A stretch of 64,000 bases of DNA from Eledone cirrhosa (GCA_964016885.1 OZ024740.1:141670001-141734000), one strand, 5' to 3'; positions 33,591-48,524 are shown, numbered from the stretch's first letter. Numbers and translations: made by a program. The notes: a model not told the origin generated them from the letters alone.

Positions 33591-33639
<49 letters not shown>

Positions 33640-33668
33640 CATATACATATATATATATATATATATAT

Positions 33669-33839
<171 letters not shown>

Positions 33840-33843
33840 TATT

Positions 33844-33896
<53 letters not shown>

Positions 33897-34007
33897 CGAA
33901 TGTAGAAAAGTAACACACGAGTTGATATATATTTTTTTCAGCACAAACTGCTGAAGAGATTCTTTCAGTGTAATATCAACACATTAATTTATTTACAAAG
34001 TGGATAT

Positions 34008-34059
34008 TTCCGCATTTAATATACCGGTTTCAGCCTTATACGCATTGTCAATTGCGGAT
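34008..34059 (-). ncRNA. Hammerhead-like motif, U3-A8 variant
   Basis: Minus TCCGCAA-TTGACAA-TGC-GTATAAG-GCT-GAA-ACCGGT-A-TATTAAA-TGCGGA; short stem II, bulged stem I. Confidence 0.6.
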
Positions 34060-34082
34060 ATGCATAACATTGTTAAGTTGCA

Positions 34083-34124
<42 letters not shown>

Positions 34125-34603
34125 CTTGATATTCATTTCAACAAACTTTCCAGTTAAATAATATCAATGACTGAGACTCAAAGAGTAATAAATAAACATA
34201 ATAATAATAATAACAATAATAATAATAAAAAGGAGAAAAAAAATTAATTTTCGCATACATATTCAGAGAGGAGAATTCATTTCTCTGTTGTGTCTGTCCT
34301 TCTTTCTCTGTTAATAGTTTGGTTAATAATTCGTTGAAACTGCAGCAGGTTGAGATCTGAAGAGCATATATTAATGTCTGTGACCTGTTCTCTTTCATCC
34401 ATTCTATTTCCTCCTTCCTATCTTCTCTTCATTACTTCGAGTCAACTCATCGAGCCGCTGGTCTCTGTCCTTCGAGGTAATATTTTACCCAGCACCGCTT
34501 CGACGGTATTTTGCTGTTTTAACATCTTCCATAAACCGAGCTTTTCCATTTTCCTGAGAATTCTAATACAATCGCTTCTCAAAACTTGATTTTGAGTTAA
34601 TTT

Positions 34604-34677
<74 letters not shown>

Positions 34678-35146
34678 GGAAAAGATTGTTTTGATAAAAA
34701 CAGGAGTAAGCAGGAGAAAGCTCTCAACAATCGTTGTTTTAGTTACGATGGAGAATTTTATAAAGACAATAAAATAAGATGCTGAGGTCACATATATCGT
34801 TAAATCATAATAATTATTTCTACGGTTCTCCATGCAATCGAGATGTCCTTCATGCATGAGCTGTTGATTATGAGAACGGTTTCCTCAGATGAAGATCGAT
34901 ATATTTGATATGTCGCTGGCAGGAAAACACAGCATACATATGAGTTTCTTGAAGGGTTTGCCAGCCGTCGCGTTTGTTACAAAAAGCTATCAACGAAAAA
35001 AGACGAAAAAAACGAAGAACCGTGTGCAACCAAAACTCAGTGGACAGTTGAAGCAACACAAGGAGCTCCGGCGATGAATTTGTTTCGCAAGGTTTTTGTT
35101 ATGAAATCGTGTGTTGAAACATATATTGTTATAATATTGACGGAAA

Positions 35147-35173
35147 TCTATATATATAAAACTGAGGATGTCG

Positions 35174-35205
<32 letters not shown>

Positions 35206-35619
35206 CTGTGAGTTTGAATCCTTAAAACTCGAGAAGTACCCAACCGAAATTTTTCAAAATTTACATGTGTATTACTTATGTTTCAGGGAGCGTTATGCAC
35301 ATACAAAATTCAACTTTGTGATCCCCTAGGGCCCACATTAGGTGAAAAACTGCGTTTTTTCAACTTTTTAGGAGTTTTTTGAGGCGTTACGTCAGACCGA
35401 TCTCCTTGAAATTGTAACTATGTATTAGTCAGTCTCTTCATACCGTGAGCAAAGAAAATCTAACTTTTTATGGCCTAAGGCCCGCATTAGGTGAAAAACT
35501 TCATTTGTTCAGCCTTTTACGGCTTTTTTGAGGCGTTACGTCTAGCTGTTTTTCTCGAAATTTCAAGGCATATTATGCATAAATACCTTATCCCGTGCAA
35601 CGCCGGGTACCACTGCTAG
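35147..35619 (+). mobile_element. Non-autonomous Helitron inserted in a family-A repeat
   Basis: 5' A|TCTATATATATAAA, (GT)n, 3' hairpin CCCGTGCAACGCCGGG then CTAG|T; no TSD. Confidence 0.85.
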
Positions 35620-35844
35620 TATATAATAAAACACACTCACTGTTTACATTGGGTTGCTTTTCGCTTCTGTATATTTTATATTGTTAATTGAGCTGGCAAT
35701 CAATGTTTATTATTGATTGACCAATAGTTAAAAATATAGATATAAATATATATATATATAGTTTCACAGATTTCTTTCCTCATACACCTGTGACATCATC
35801 AGTGGTACTATTATGTTTCTCCCCGTCGTATTGTAATGTGTGTG

Positions 35845-35879
<35 letters not shown>

Positions 35880-35963
35880 GCAAAAGTTCTATTTAAATTG
35901 TTGAGATACAACAAGTAAATATTTTATAACTGATATAAAGCACTCGACAAGTATTTGGAGTAG

Positions 35964-36511
35964 ATATACGATATTAACAAATGGAAACTATATTTATAAA
36001 ACCATATTTATTTCATTATACATATTTCAAGGATACCAAGTTAAATTATGGTATGCCTTCATCAGACAAAATACAATATATACCAGTATATACCTCTCAA
36101 TATATACCAATATATACCTCCCTCTATCTCTATATTTCTCTCTCTTGAGTTTTTTCTCTCTGTCTGGTGGTTTGATATCTCTCTGCTGTTTTCCTCTGTT
36201 TTCTTTTCTTCTTTTTTCTTTCCTCTTTTTCTTTATTTATCTCTCCCTTTCTTTTCTCCACGTTTCTCTCTCTCTCCGTCTTCTTACTTATCCTTAACAC
36301 TACGATTTACTAAAGTAAACAAACCACTATCCTGATGTCTTCCAAAACTAACGGTCGCATTTTGAAAGGGTACGTCAATGTTTATTTATAAAACTGGTAT
36401 ATATTGTATTTTGTCTGATGAAGGCATACCATAATTTAACTTGGTATCCTTGAAATATGTATAATGAAATAAATATGATTTTATAAATATAGTTTTCCAT
36501 TTGTAAATATC

Positions 36512-36517
<6 letters not shown>
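35964..36517. repeat. Inverted repeat (35964-36087 / 36393-36517) with a family-B hammerhead in each arm
   Basis: Plus 36407-36471: TATTTTGT-CTGATGA-AGGCATACCA-loop-TGGTATCCTT-GAA-ATATGTAT-A-ATGAAATA; mirror copy 36009-36073. Confidence 0.85.
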
Positions 36518-36577
<60 letters not shown>

Positions 36578-36665
36578 ATAATAATAAATTTGAAGACTAA
36601 AATCCAAAGAGGGCTCGATAAGGATAAATATATATCAAATATATAAGAACCGTAGAGCAAATATT

Positions 36666-36712
<47 letters not shown>

Positions 36713-36875
36713 TTGAAATATTTACATTTTGTATATAATATATTAAATTCCATTTGCACATCTACTTACTGACACAATATTTTGAGTTGTAATTTCCAGC
36801 CCCTGAAATGTAGTATTCATGTAATAGTCAATGCCATTAATTTGACCACAACATATTGCCTAAAATATTAAACGG

Positions 36876-36972
<97 letters not shown>

Positions 36973-37005
36973 GAGAAGTGAGGTTCTATACAAAACAGTG
37001 GGTAT

Positions 37006-37474
<469 letters not shown>

Positions 37475-37595
37475 CAGCTCTGCATGAATCCTAATGCATT
37501 GAGCTTTAAACCATCTCGTTAAGTCTATACCCAATAATAGCAACACTATTATTATTACTATCAGTTATATATATATATATATATATAATTATACA

Positions 37596-37628
<33 letters not shown>

Positions 37629-37632
<4 letters not shown>

Positions 37633-37955
37633 GTAAACGGAATAGAAAATGCTGACAAATTGTTCACAGTTGAAAAATGGTTTAATTAGGAATAAAAGAG
37701 TATTAGTGATTGTATGGGTTAGTATTCAGTTGTGGTTTTAAGTTTTTAAGTTTTTACCGGTTGCGCATTTCTAAATGCTTTTCAAAAATAATTTTGAGAT
37801 AGAGTGTCCGTGCTGTTTGCTCTGCTCTGAAACTTAAAAACTTAAAACCACAACTGAATACTAACCCATACAATCACTAATACTCTTTTATTCCTAATTA
37901 AACCATTTTTTCAACTGTGAACAATTTGTCAGCATTTTCTATTCCGTTTACCAAT
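37629..37955. repeat. Fold-back (37629-37753 / 37831-37955) with a U3-A8 HHR-like motif in the spacer (37751-37790, minus)
   Basis: Minus TTT-TTGAAAA-GCATTT-AG-AAATGC-GCA-ACCGGT-A-AAAA; A13 mutated to C. Confidence 0.85.
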
Positions 37956-37989
37956 ATATAATAACTTGTGTGTTACACCTCTATTCTTT

Positions 37990-38319
<330 letters not shown>

Positions 38320-38328
<9 letters not shown>

Positions 38329-38968
38329 CTAGCATAGTTACGTCCCTTTACGGTCTGAGTTCAAATCCCGCCAAGGTTAACTTTGCCTTTCATCCTTACG
38401 GGGTCGATAAAATAAAGTACCAGTAATGTACTGAGTAATTGCTGGCTTTGTGCCTAAAGAAGAAACAATTATTATTAATTATTATTATTATTTGTCCCGC
38501 CGAGGTTAACTTTGCCTTTCATCCTTACTGGGCCGATAAAATAAAGTACCAGTAATACACTGGGATAATTGCTGGCCTTGTGCCAAAAGTAGAAACAATT
38601 ATTTACGGTGGGCGGGGGATTGGCAGTGTCGGTAGAGTGTCGGACGCCATGCTTTGACGCATAGAGTTAAGCCCCTTGCCATTCTGAGTTCAAATCTCGC
38701 CGAAGTTAACTTTGCCTTTCATCCTTACGGGGTCGATAAAATAAAGTACCAGTAATGTACTGGGTAATTACTGGCCTTGTGCCAAAAGTAGAAACAATTA
38801 TTATTATTATTATTATTATTTATGTTCTGAGTTCAAACTCCGCGGAGGTTAACTTTTATTCTTACGGGGTCGATAAATAAAGCACCAGTAACACACTGGG
38901 TTCAATTGAATCAACTTTCCTCATCCTTTTCAAATTGCTGGCCTTGTGCCTAAAGTAGAAACAATTAT
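38320..38968 (+). mobile_element. Four head-to-tail SINE copies
   Basis: Consensus repeated at ~38320, 38495, 38605 and 38825, each ending AGAAACAATTAT. Confidence 0.9.
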
Positions 38969-39022
38969 ATACATACATACACACACATATATATATATAT
39001 ATTTATTAAAATAACAGATTAA

Positions 39023-39073
39023 AGTTTAAGCAAAGAATCGCTGCTTTCACCCTTAACGGGATCTTCTGAAACT
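39023..39073 (-). ncRNA. Hammerhead-fold motif with CAGAAGA (U4A) core; same motif at 53753-53803 (+)
   Basis: AGTTT-CAGAAGA-TCCC-GTTAA-GGGT-GAA-AGCA-GCGATTCTT-TGCT-T-AAACT. Confidence 0.65.
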
Positions 39074-39161
39074 AAAAAAGCCACTATGGTTCTTATATAT
39101 TTGATACATATTTATCCTTATCGAGCCCTTTTTGGATTTTAGTCTTCTAATTTATTATTAT

Positions 39162-39218
<57 letters not shown>

Positions 39219-39505
39219 ATAAAGTATGTCCATAGAATCATTTGATAATATATATGCACCATTTCCTCTCTCAATTAGCATAATCAACCACATAAAAAAT
39301 CAATTAGACCAGGCTATAAGATCAAAAGGCACCTATGAAGAAATATAAGATAAATAAACGACACCAATCTCTTCGCGGCCGACCGCATAGAATCTTTACC
39401 CAACATTTCAACAGCACGTGGAAATCGACTAAATATACCGTCAACCATACACAATTAGGTATAAAATTAAAGTTAGAAGAAATGCGTACACACTTACCAC
39501 GATTA

Positions 39506-39587
39506 TGTCTCTACTCTCGGGTTTCGTTCGCATTTTGAGATATCCTATTAAGGATACAATCTCGAGCTTCGAACTCGTCAGGAAACA
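39506..39587 (-). ncRNA. Canonical-core type-I hammerhead with extended stem II
   Basis: Minus TGTTTC-CTGACGA-GTTCG..GAGA..TATCC-loop-GGATA-TCTC..CGAAC-GAA-AC-CCGAGA-GT-A-GAGACA. Confidence 0.85.
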
Positions 39588-40389
39588 AATTCATAGGACA
39601 AGTAATTTTCTAAAATGATCCCCGCCAGAAACAAATTCAAAATGGCTAAAAATCGTGACGTGGCAGTGGTCAAGTCAGAAAGAATGTGATTGGTTGCTTC
39701 GGCGACATTATTAAGTACATTTTTAGCGAGAGTAATTGGGTTTAATCTAGCTATGAACCTTAACGTCGGTGGTAAATATCTAACAGAAAGCATGTACTTT
39801 GCTGTTTCAGGTGGATTAGCGAAATTGTCCAAGTGTTGGATGGGATGTTTTGCAACATCTGATCTGGCTCTGTGCATCCTTAGTTTAAATCCCAGCTCAC
39901 TGCTAGATAAACCAGTGGAAACATTGTTTGCTTGGCTCAGTTTGACCCCCCCTCCTCCTCCCATCCTCCTGCTCCTCGTCGTCCCCCTCATCGTCGTCCT
40001 TCTCCTCCCATCCTCCTCCTCGTCGTCGTCGTCCCCCATCCTCTTCCTCCTCCTCCTCATTCTCCTCATTCTTCTTCTTCTTCTTCTTCTTCTTCTTCTT
40101 CTTCTTCTTCTTCTTCTTCTTCTTCTTCTTCTTCTTCTTCTTCTTCTTCTTCTTCTTCTTCTTCTTCTTCTTCTTCTTCTTCACCCACATATTCCTGAGA
40201 GGGTCGTCAGGACAGATTCCTCAAACACTCCTTCCATGGAGTTGGAGATGGTTGCTTTTTCAAGTTAATCCAGAGTTTGGTATGGAGAGCCCTAAATTGT
40301 GCCATATGACTACCCACCATTTTGGTGATCATTTCTTCTTTTTATTCATTTTGTTGTTATTGTTATTTCTTTATTTTTATTATTACTGA

Positions 40390-41090
40390 TTTCAAATCCC
40401 GTCGAGGTTAGCTTTGCCTTTCATCCTTACGGGGTCGATAAAATAAAGTACCATTCATGCACTGGGGTCGATTTAATTGACTTTCCCCTCCCCCAAAATT
40501 GCTGGCCTTGTACCCAAATCAGAAACCATTATTGGCAGTATTGGTAGAGGGTCGGATGCCATGCTTTGCAGCAAAGAGTTACGGCCCTTTATGGTCTGAG
40601 TTGAAATCCCGCCGAGGTTAACTTTGCTTTTTATCCTTACTGGGTCGATAAAATAAAATAAAATACCAGTAATACACTGGGATGATTGCTGGCCTTGTGC
40701 CAGAAATAGAAACAATTATTATTACTACTAAAGTCTGTGGATTGGCAGAATCGTTCGGGATTCGAACAGAATGCTTTGTGGCCTTCAGTTATGTATAATT
40801 ATGTTTTAACTTGAAATCCAGCTGATATCAACTTTACCTTTTATCCTTCCTGGATCGATAAGATAATGAACCACTCAAGTCCTAGGGATGATTTAATTAG
40901 CTAGGTCCTTCCTCCATCACACTTATTTGTCGCCTTGTGTCTATATTAGAAATGATTCGGACAGAATCGTTTGAGCACCGGATAAATTGTTTTGCGGCAG
41001 TTGTTCCGGCTCTTTACATTCCGAGTATCAACCCAACTGTAGTCAACTTTGCCTTTCATCCTTTCGAGGTCGACAAAATAAAGTTAAGTA
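40390..41090 (+). mobile_element. Cluster of four SINE copies of differing age
   Basis: Consensus matches at ~40390, 40530, 40735 and 40955. Confidence 0.8.
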
Positions 41091-41154
41091 GGGGAGTTGA
41101 TTCAATCGATGGTATTGAAAGTACTCTACGTAATATTTGTGCAGTGCCTAATAG

Positions 41155-41348
41155 CAGACCTGTCAACTCTCCCCGTCCGTCGGGGAGATCTCCCACCCAC
41201 TATGGGGTGGGTGAGAGATGTCTTCTCTTGTGAAAATGGGTACAGCTTTCGTTATGTAAAATCTCCCCATTTTGCTTCATTTCTCCCCGTTTGGGGCCCT
41301 ATTTTTCATGGTACTTCCTGTTTGGGTTTTTAGAGGTTGGCAGATCTG
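41155..41348 (+). mobile_element. MITE with 13-bp TIR and 6-bp TSD
   Basis: TAATAG-CAGACCTGTCAAC...GTTGGCAGATCTG-TAATAG. Confidence 0.8.
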
Positions 41349-42534
41349 TAATAGTGTTATTCGTTGAATATGTACAATTCTTAGAAGCTTTTTTTAAAGT
41401 TGTTATAGGGTGATGGTTCCTGTAATTTTGTTGGTGAAAATTTCCAGTCCGTTTCTGTTTACTATTCTGGAATGGTCGTATAGTTGGCCGAGAGGATTAG
41501 CTCACTATATAATCTCAGTGAAGGTGTGCAGTTTAGTGATTAGGGTGTTTGACTCACGATTGTACGGCTGTGAGGTCGAAGCCTAGTTGCACGCTGTGTC
41601 CTTGAGCAAGACACTTTATTTCACGTTTCTCCAGTCGACACCGCTAGAAAAAAATTAACTGTACCTTCAATTCAAAAGACCAGCCTTATCACGTACTTGG
41701 TCACGTTCAATCTCCTTGAAAACCTGTGTAATGCTCAACTACTTATATGTTAATTTGAGGATCAAGCTGTTCCGTTGTTTGAACAACTGGAACACGAATT
41801 GTAGAAAATGATGGAGGTCCAGTACATTGTCTCAGCCTGGTGTTTCTTTTTCTTGGGAGTTCAACTCCCATGAAAATCAACGTTAATGTAAACGTTCACA
41901 AGTCTGTGGACGATCAGCCATGAATAAAAAAACAAAACATTGATTGGCTGGTTTGCAGTTGAGTGCCTCGTAGTTTATAGCTAACAATGAAATACATCAG
42001 CATCGTATCAGTAGAGACATGATAGTGATGATGATAATGATGATGACGATGGTGATGATGATGATGAAGTTGTGGGAGGAAGGGGAGTAGTAATAACCTA
42101 AGAGGGTGGGGCAAAACATCACCACATCTACCACCATCACAACATCCAGCAGCAGCAGCAGCAGCAGCTCCACCACCACCACCACTAACACCACCACCAT
42201 CATTATGATGATCACCATCACCATCATCACCATCATCACCATCATCGCCATCATTGTTTTATTCTATCGTAATTTTTTGAAAATAAATGAAACCATAATA
42301 ATTACTTTGGCCTTGGGCCTGGCTACAATAAATCATCATCATGATGATCATCATCATCATCAGCATCATCATCATCATCATCATCATTAACAGCATCAGT
42401 ATTATGGTTATCACTGTTGCTGTCATCATAATCTAAAAGTGTACAACGACTACGATAATGACACTATGATGTTATTGATGATGACAATGACAATGGTGTT
42501 ACTGATGCTGATGATACTGATGTTACGACAATTG

Positions 42535-42569
42535 CTACCACCACCACCACCACCACCACCACCACCACC

Positions 42570-42625
<56 letters not shown>

Positions 42626-42641
42626 CGCCACCACCGCCACC

Positions 42642-42694
<53 letters not shown>

Positions 42695-42713
42695 CACCGC
42701 CGCCGCCACCACC

Positions 42714-42755
<42 letters not shown>

Positions 42756-42794
42756 GCCGCCGCCACCACCACCACCACCACCACCACCACCACC

Positions 42795-42835
<41 letters not shown>

Positions 42836-42842
42836 CGCCGCC

Positions 42843-42911
<69 letters not shown>

Positions 42912-42929
42912 GCCGCCGCCACCACCACC

Positions 42930-42986
<57 letters not shown>

Positions 42987-43004
42987 GCCACCACCGCCGC
43001 CACC

Positions 43005-43072
<68 letters not shown>

Positions 43073-43250
43073 CGCCGCCGCCACCACCACCACCACCACT
43101 ACTACTACTACTACCACTACTACTACTACCACCACCACCACCACCACCACCACCACCACCACCACCACCACCACCACCACCACCACCACCACCACTAGTA
43201 CTACTACTACTACTACTACTACCACTTCCGCCACCGCCATCACCACCACC

Positions 43251-43343
<93 letters not shown>

Positions 43344-43345
43344 GA
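42535..43345. repeat. Alternating (CCA)n/(CTA)n trinucleotide array
   Basis: In-phase blocks of CCA/CCG and CTA. Confidence 0.95.
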
Positions 43346-43407
43346 AGCTATATAATAATATCAACATGGTTTGTTTTAAAATCGAAGGCATTTAGGTATG
43401 CTGCTGC

Positions 43408-43461
<54 letters not shown>

Positions 43462-43644
43462 CGGCGGGAATGGTAGTTGTGGTGGTGGTGGGGTGCTAGA
43501 GGGGAGGTGGTAGTGTGGGTGGTTGATGCATGTTCGTTTAACTCCAGGTCAATTTGGAACAAACATATCAAAGACATTCTACCTTATCAGATGTGTCCTT
43601 CCTTTTTTTAAGAAGGTAGACACTGATTTCAGATTTGGCTATTA

Positions 43645-43813
43645 CAGTGACATCCTGTTAGAACGAAATTCACGGGGTATAAAAAAAATTCGTTATAACG
43701 AAAAATTCTTTATAACGAGATCGACCGAAACAAATCGAGCGTTTGTTTGTTAAAAAATTCGTTATACTGAAAAATTCGTTATAATGGTATTCGTTGTAAC
43801 GGAATTTTACCTG
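43645..43813. mobile_element. pogo/Tigger-like MITE
   Basis: TA-CAGTGACATCCTGTTAGAACGAA..TTCGTTGTAACGGAATTTTACCTG-TA; internal TTCGTTATAAC repeats. Confidence 0.65.
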
Positions 43814-44468
43814 TATCACTATGAGACCAGGAGACTATGTAGGGGCTCCTATGTTGATGGTATTAGTAAGAAGATACTGAAGGTGGTGATGGAGTTGGGG
43901 ATACTAATGTATAACAGAAATACTAGAGTCACAACACCAAGAGTTCAAATTGCGCTGAAGATAACTGCGACTTTGAGCTTTTCGGGTTCGATATAATAAA
44001 AGGGACAGTGATGGGTCAAATTGTTAGAGCATCGGACAAGATGTCTTGCAGTATTTGTTTCGGCCTTTTGCATTCGGAGTTCGAATGTCGTTGCTGCGTT
44101 TAAACTAGCTCTTGCCTTTGGATATCTTTGGAGAATTACGCTTTGATGCAACCATTCGGACTAGCTCCCCGGTTTAAGGATATTTTGCTCCGTCCCTCCT
44201 TCTCATAACTCTCCGTGGCTTTGAAAAGGATCTTGGACACGGCGTTCCTTCCCTAGCTAAGCAACAGCAACAACAACAACAACAACAACAAAATTGAATA
44301 TATAAATAAAATGAAATGATAGTAAAAATAGCAATGTTAGAGTAGTGAGTGTAATATGATGCTAGCAGTTGTGATAGTGTCTAGAGTAGCAACACTAATA
44401 GTACAGTGGTGAAAGTGCATATTCACAGTAACAACAATGACAGTGTATATATACAATAAGAGTACAAG

Positions 44469-44499
<31 letters not shown>

Positions 44500-44500
44500 A

Positions 44501-44594
<94 letters not shown>

Positions 44595-45105
44595 GGAAAA
44601 ATTTGAACAGGGACAAAACAGAGAGGCAGTACAACGAATGTTTATTAATTTCACATACACACATATATATATATATAAGTATATATGAATGTATGTATAG
44701 GTGTATATACATATATACATATACATATACTCTCTCTCTCACACACACACATATGTATAGTAATATCAATGATAGTACCGTAGCAACTACTTCAATATAT
44801 ATAGTAGTAACACCATTAGTAGCTCTATATAACGATAATTCCTGTTTTTCTTCTTTAACCCTGAGTCAACTATGATCGAAGAGACTTGTGATCAAAGGTG
44901 TTTCATCTATGACTCTATCTTACCTATGTGTAAGGGGAACTCATAGTTACATTATCCAACCTTTTTTCTAAGACCCCCACCCCCTCTCGCTCTGTGTGTG
45001 TGTGAGGAAGATTTGGCTGCCATTTCTAAAAGGCTGAATGATCACGTAGAAACACCACATTGGCTTGAATAATTATTATAAAAAGTAACAGCCACCACAT
45101 CAGCT

Positions 45106-45143
<38 letters not shown>

Positions 45144-45206
45144 GGTGGTGGTTGTTGTTGTGGTGGTGGTGGTGTTAGTGGTGGTGGCGGTAGTAGTAGT
45201 AGTAGT

Positions 45207-45263
<57 letters not shown>

Positions 45264-45374
45264 GGTGGTGGTTGTGGTGGTGGTGGTTGCTGTGGTGGTG
45301 GTGGTGGTGTTAGTGGTGGTGGCGGTAGTAGTAGTAGTAGTGGTAGTCCCATGCAACGCTGTAACACCCAGACT

Positions 45375-46003
45375 AGATGTGCAACACAGACCCTCATTCA
45401 ATTAATTGGTAATAAACTGCGTTCGGGTGTGAAATGCAGACCTTCATTCGTCTGGTAATAGGCTCAGAGCAGATACGAATGGTAGGCCCTATACCAGAGC
45501 AGATACGAATGGTAGGCCCTATACCAGAGCAGATACGAATGGTAGGCCCTATACCAACTTGTTTTAGATTCAGAGCAGTGATGAAATATATGCCTTATTT
45601 CAACTGGTAACAAACCCAGGAAAGATGCAACGTGTAGGCTCTATTTCAGCTTGCAACAGGCCCAAAGCAAATGTGAAGTAGGCCCTATGTCAACTGGTCA
45701 TAGGAACGGTTCAAATGTGAAATGTAGATCCTATTTTAATTGGTAATAAATCCAGTTCAGATGTGAAATGTAAGTCCTATTTCAACTGGTAAATAGACCC
45801 AGGCCAGATGTGAAATGTAGGCTCTCATTGATTTGGTAATCTGTCTAGGCTAAATGTAAAACATAGGCTCTAAATGTAGGCCAGATGTGAAATGTCGGGT
45901 CTATTTCAAGTCGTAATATTCTCTGAGCAGATGTGTAATGTAGACCATATTTCAATTGCTACCAGGACCAAGTCAGATGTGAACTGTATGTTCCCATTTC
46001 AAA
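45375..46003. repeat. Old ~46-48-bp minisatellite containing a young perfect 30-bp x3 expansion (45465-45555)
   Basis: Unit ~CAGATGTGAAATGTAGGCCCTATTTCAACTGGTAATAGGCCC; young unit CAGAGCAGATACGAATGGTAGGCCCTATAC. Confidence 0.8.
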
Positions 46004-46648
46004 TTACTCATCCAGTATTTTAGTAATCAGTACTTTTATGTATGGGTTAAGGGTGTGTATATACGCGCTTACTTGTGTGGAATTGAACGGACCCCCGTCG
46101 GTTGCAGCGATGAATGTTGCAGTTGTTCAATCAACGGAATAGCTTGTTCATGAAATTAACATGCATATAATTGATCACTTCACAGAGATATTGAGATTGA
46201 CAAAGCCCTTTGGATTAAAGGTTCAGTAGTCTATACGACAGGTTTCCTTAATTTCCATCTACCCAATTTCATTCAGGGAGGCTATGGTAAATAACACCTG
46301 CCCAAGATGCCAAGCACTGGAATAGGACGCGGGTCCTAATGATTGCGAAGCAAACCTCTTTTGTTGTGGTAATCTTGGTGGTAGTGTACTAGTTACGGTG
46401 GTTGTTGCACTAGTAGTAGAAATAGTAGTAGTTGTTATAGTTGTGGTAGTAATAATGGTGGAGATGCTATTAGTAGTAGTAGCAATGGAAATGTTAGTAG
46501 TAGTAGTAGTAGCAATGGAAATGTTAGTAGTAGTAGTAGTAGCAATGGAAATGTTAGTAGTAGTAGTAGTAGCAGTAGTAGTAGTAGTAGCAGCAGCAGC
46601 AGTTGAAGTTGTATACTACTGCTTATATTGCTTTCACAATAACAAATG

Positions 46649-46685
<37 letters not shown>

Positions 46686-47737
46686 GTAGTAGTAGTACTA
46701 GTAGTAGTAGTAGTAGTAGTGATGTTTGGTCCCAGGTCCACCTTGATTCAGCAGATATACAATGTAAAGCCTTTAGGAGGAGACCGATCCATCGATTCGA
46801 GCATGGTGGTGATGATATACGGCTTCATTATCTGGAGTATTCTAAAAAATAAAGAAAAAACGATAGGTAGCGTGATTTAATGAAGATTTGGCCGCTATTT
46901 CGAGCAGGTTATATATGATTTGGTTAGCTATGTGGCGTTGGGAATGTTGACGGCTGTTGTAATAACGGTAGCTACACGCGCTGCTTGTCGGAGGGAGGAC
47001 AGGCCGAATGAAGACAGCCGTGTTGGTGCGAAGAACGCTCCATTTGTCGCAGAGTCAATTCCCAGGAGCCTGCATCTGGTCGCTAGAAATAGCAGCCACA
47101 TCTACTCTTCCCTCAAATGACTAACTATAGTATTAAAAAGGGAAGAACATATTGAATAATTTAATTATACTGAGATGTACACTATTTCTGAAAGCAAGTT
47201 ATCATTTGTCGAATGTTTGTAATCATAGATGTGTTCTATCAAATCAGATCCGACATGTAGCTAAACAACATCTACAGCATAAACCCTCCACCACCATTGC
47301 TTCTTTGCTACCTGGTCATACTAGAAATAGATGCCAAATCTCTCTCAGATCACTTTCTACCGTCTAATAGATACTAAGAAATACTGTATCATATAGAATG
47401 AGATAAATTATGGTGATCATAGATCTCCCCGATCAGGGTTGACTTATGGTTAAACAACAACCAACCTGCTAACCAACCAGCCAGCCAGTCATCTACACAA
47501 GCAACCAAGCAACCAGCTAATCAACCAACCAGCCAACCAGTCAACTAACCAACTAACCAACCAACCAACTAAAAAACAAACAAACAAACAAACCAGCCAT
47601 CTAGCCAACCAACCAAGCAACAACCAGCCAGCCAACCAACCAGTCAGCCAACCGTTTAACCAACCAACCAGCCAAACAGATAGCCTTACATCTACTATTA
47701 TTAGCTGTTTATATCCAAACTCTACATTATTATTGCT

Positions 47738-47925
47738 CGGTGGATTGGCAGTATCGGTGGAGGGTCGGACGCCATGCTTTCCAGCATAGTTACATCCCTT
47801 TACGATCTGAGTTCAAATCTCGCCGAGGTTGACTTTGCCTTTTATCCTTACGGGGTCGATAAAATAAAGTACCAGTAATGCACTGGGTAATTGCTGGCCT
47901 TGTGCCTAAAGTAGAAACAATTATT
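47738..47925 (+). mobile_element. Full-length SINE copy
   Basis: GGTGGATTGGCAGTATCGG (A-box-like), GAGTTCAAATC (B-box-like); ATTATTGCT duplicated at both ends. Confidence 0.9.
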
Positions 47926-48279
47926 GCTAGTTAGCTATTTGATGTTCTTTGAATTATATATATTAATGCTATTTCATCTAATAATAAATAGTAGCAGTAG
48001 TAGTAATTTAGCGGCAAATCGGTTTTGATTGAGCAGACCTCTGATAAAAGGAGTTCTGTGATTACTGCGTAGATAGCCAGGTGTCTTTGCCCCTGATAGT
48101 ATAAGAATCGCGAAAAATATAACGGACTGTTTGAGATGTTTAAGGGTCAAATACCATGCCCCTATGTGCCCGTTCAACCTACGAGCTAACACACTACCTC
48201 TATCACCAACACACCATCTCTATCATAAACGCATCACCTATATTCTCTACTTTGGTATTGAGCACTTTTCTTAGTGTTT

Positions 48280-48343
<64 letters not shown>

Positions 48344-48347
48344 CCCC

Positions 48348-48395
<48 letters not shown>

Positions 48396-48524
48396 CCCCC
48401 CTCTCCCCCCCCCTCTCTCTCTCACACACACACATATAAATATATTTCCGAATCAAATATTTTTTCTGTATTTTCTGTTTGTGTATGCCGTTATTCCTTT
48501 ATTGATTAACTAATTATGCAATCC

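Noticed and set aside
34380-34580. Possible host exon (also 28690-28870 and 54420-54660)
   Set aside because: Complex unique-looking sequence, but no recognisable domain or supportable reading frame with splice sites
42439-43395. Poly-Pro/Leu or Gly/Ser 318-aa ORF
   Set aside because: Pure trinucleotide array open in several frames; no splice or domain evidence
47738-47830. tRNA gene
   Set aside because: A/B-box-like motifs belong to the SINE head; no cloverleaf
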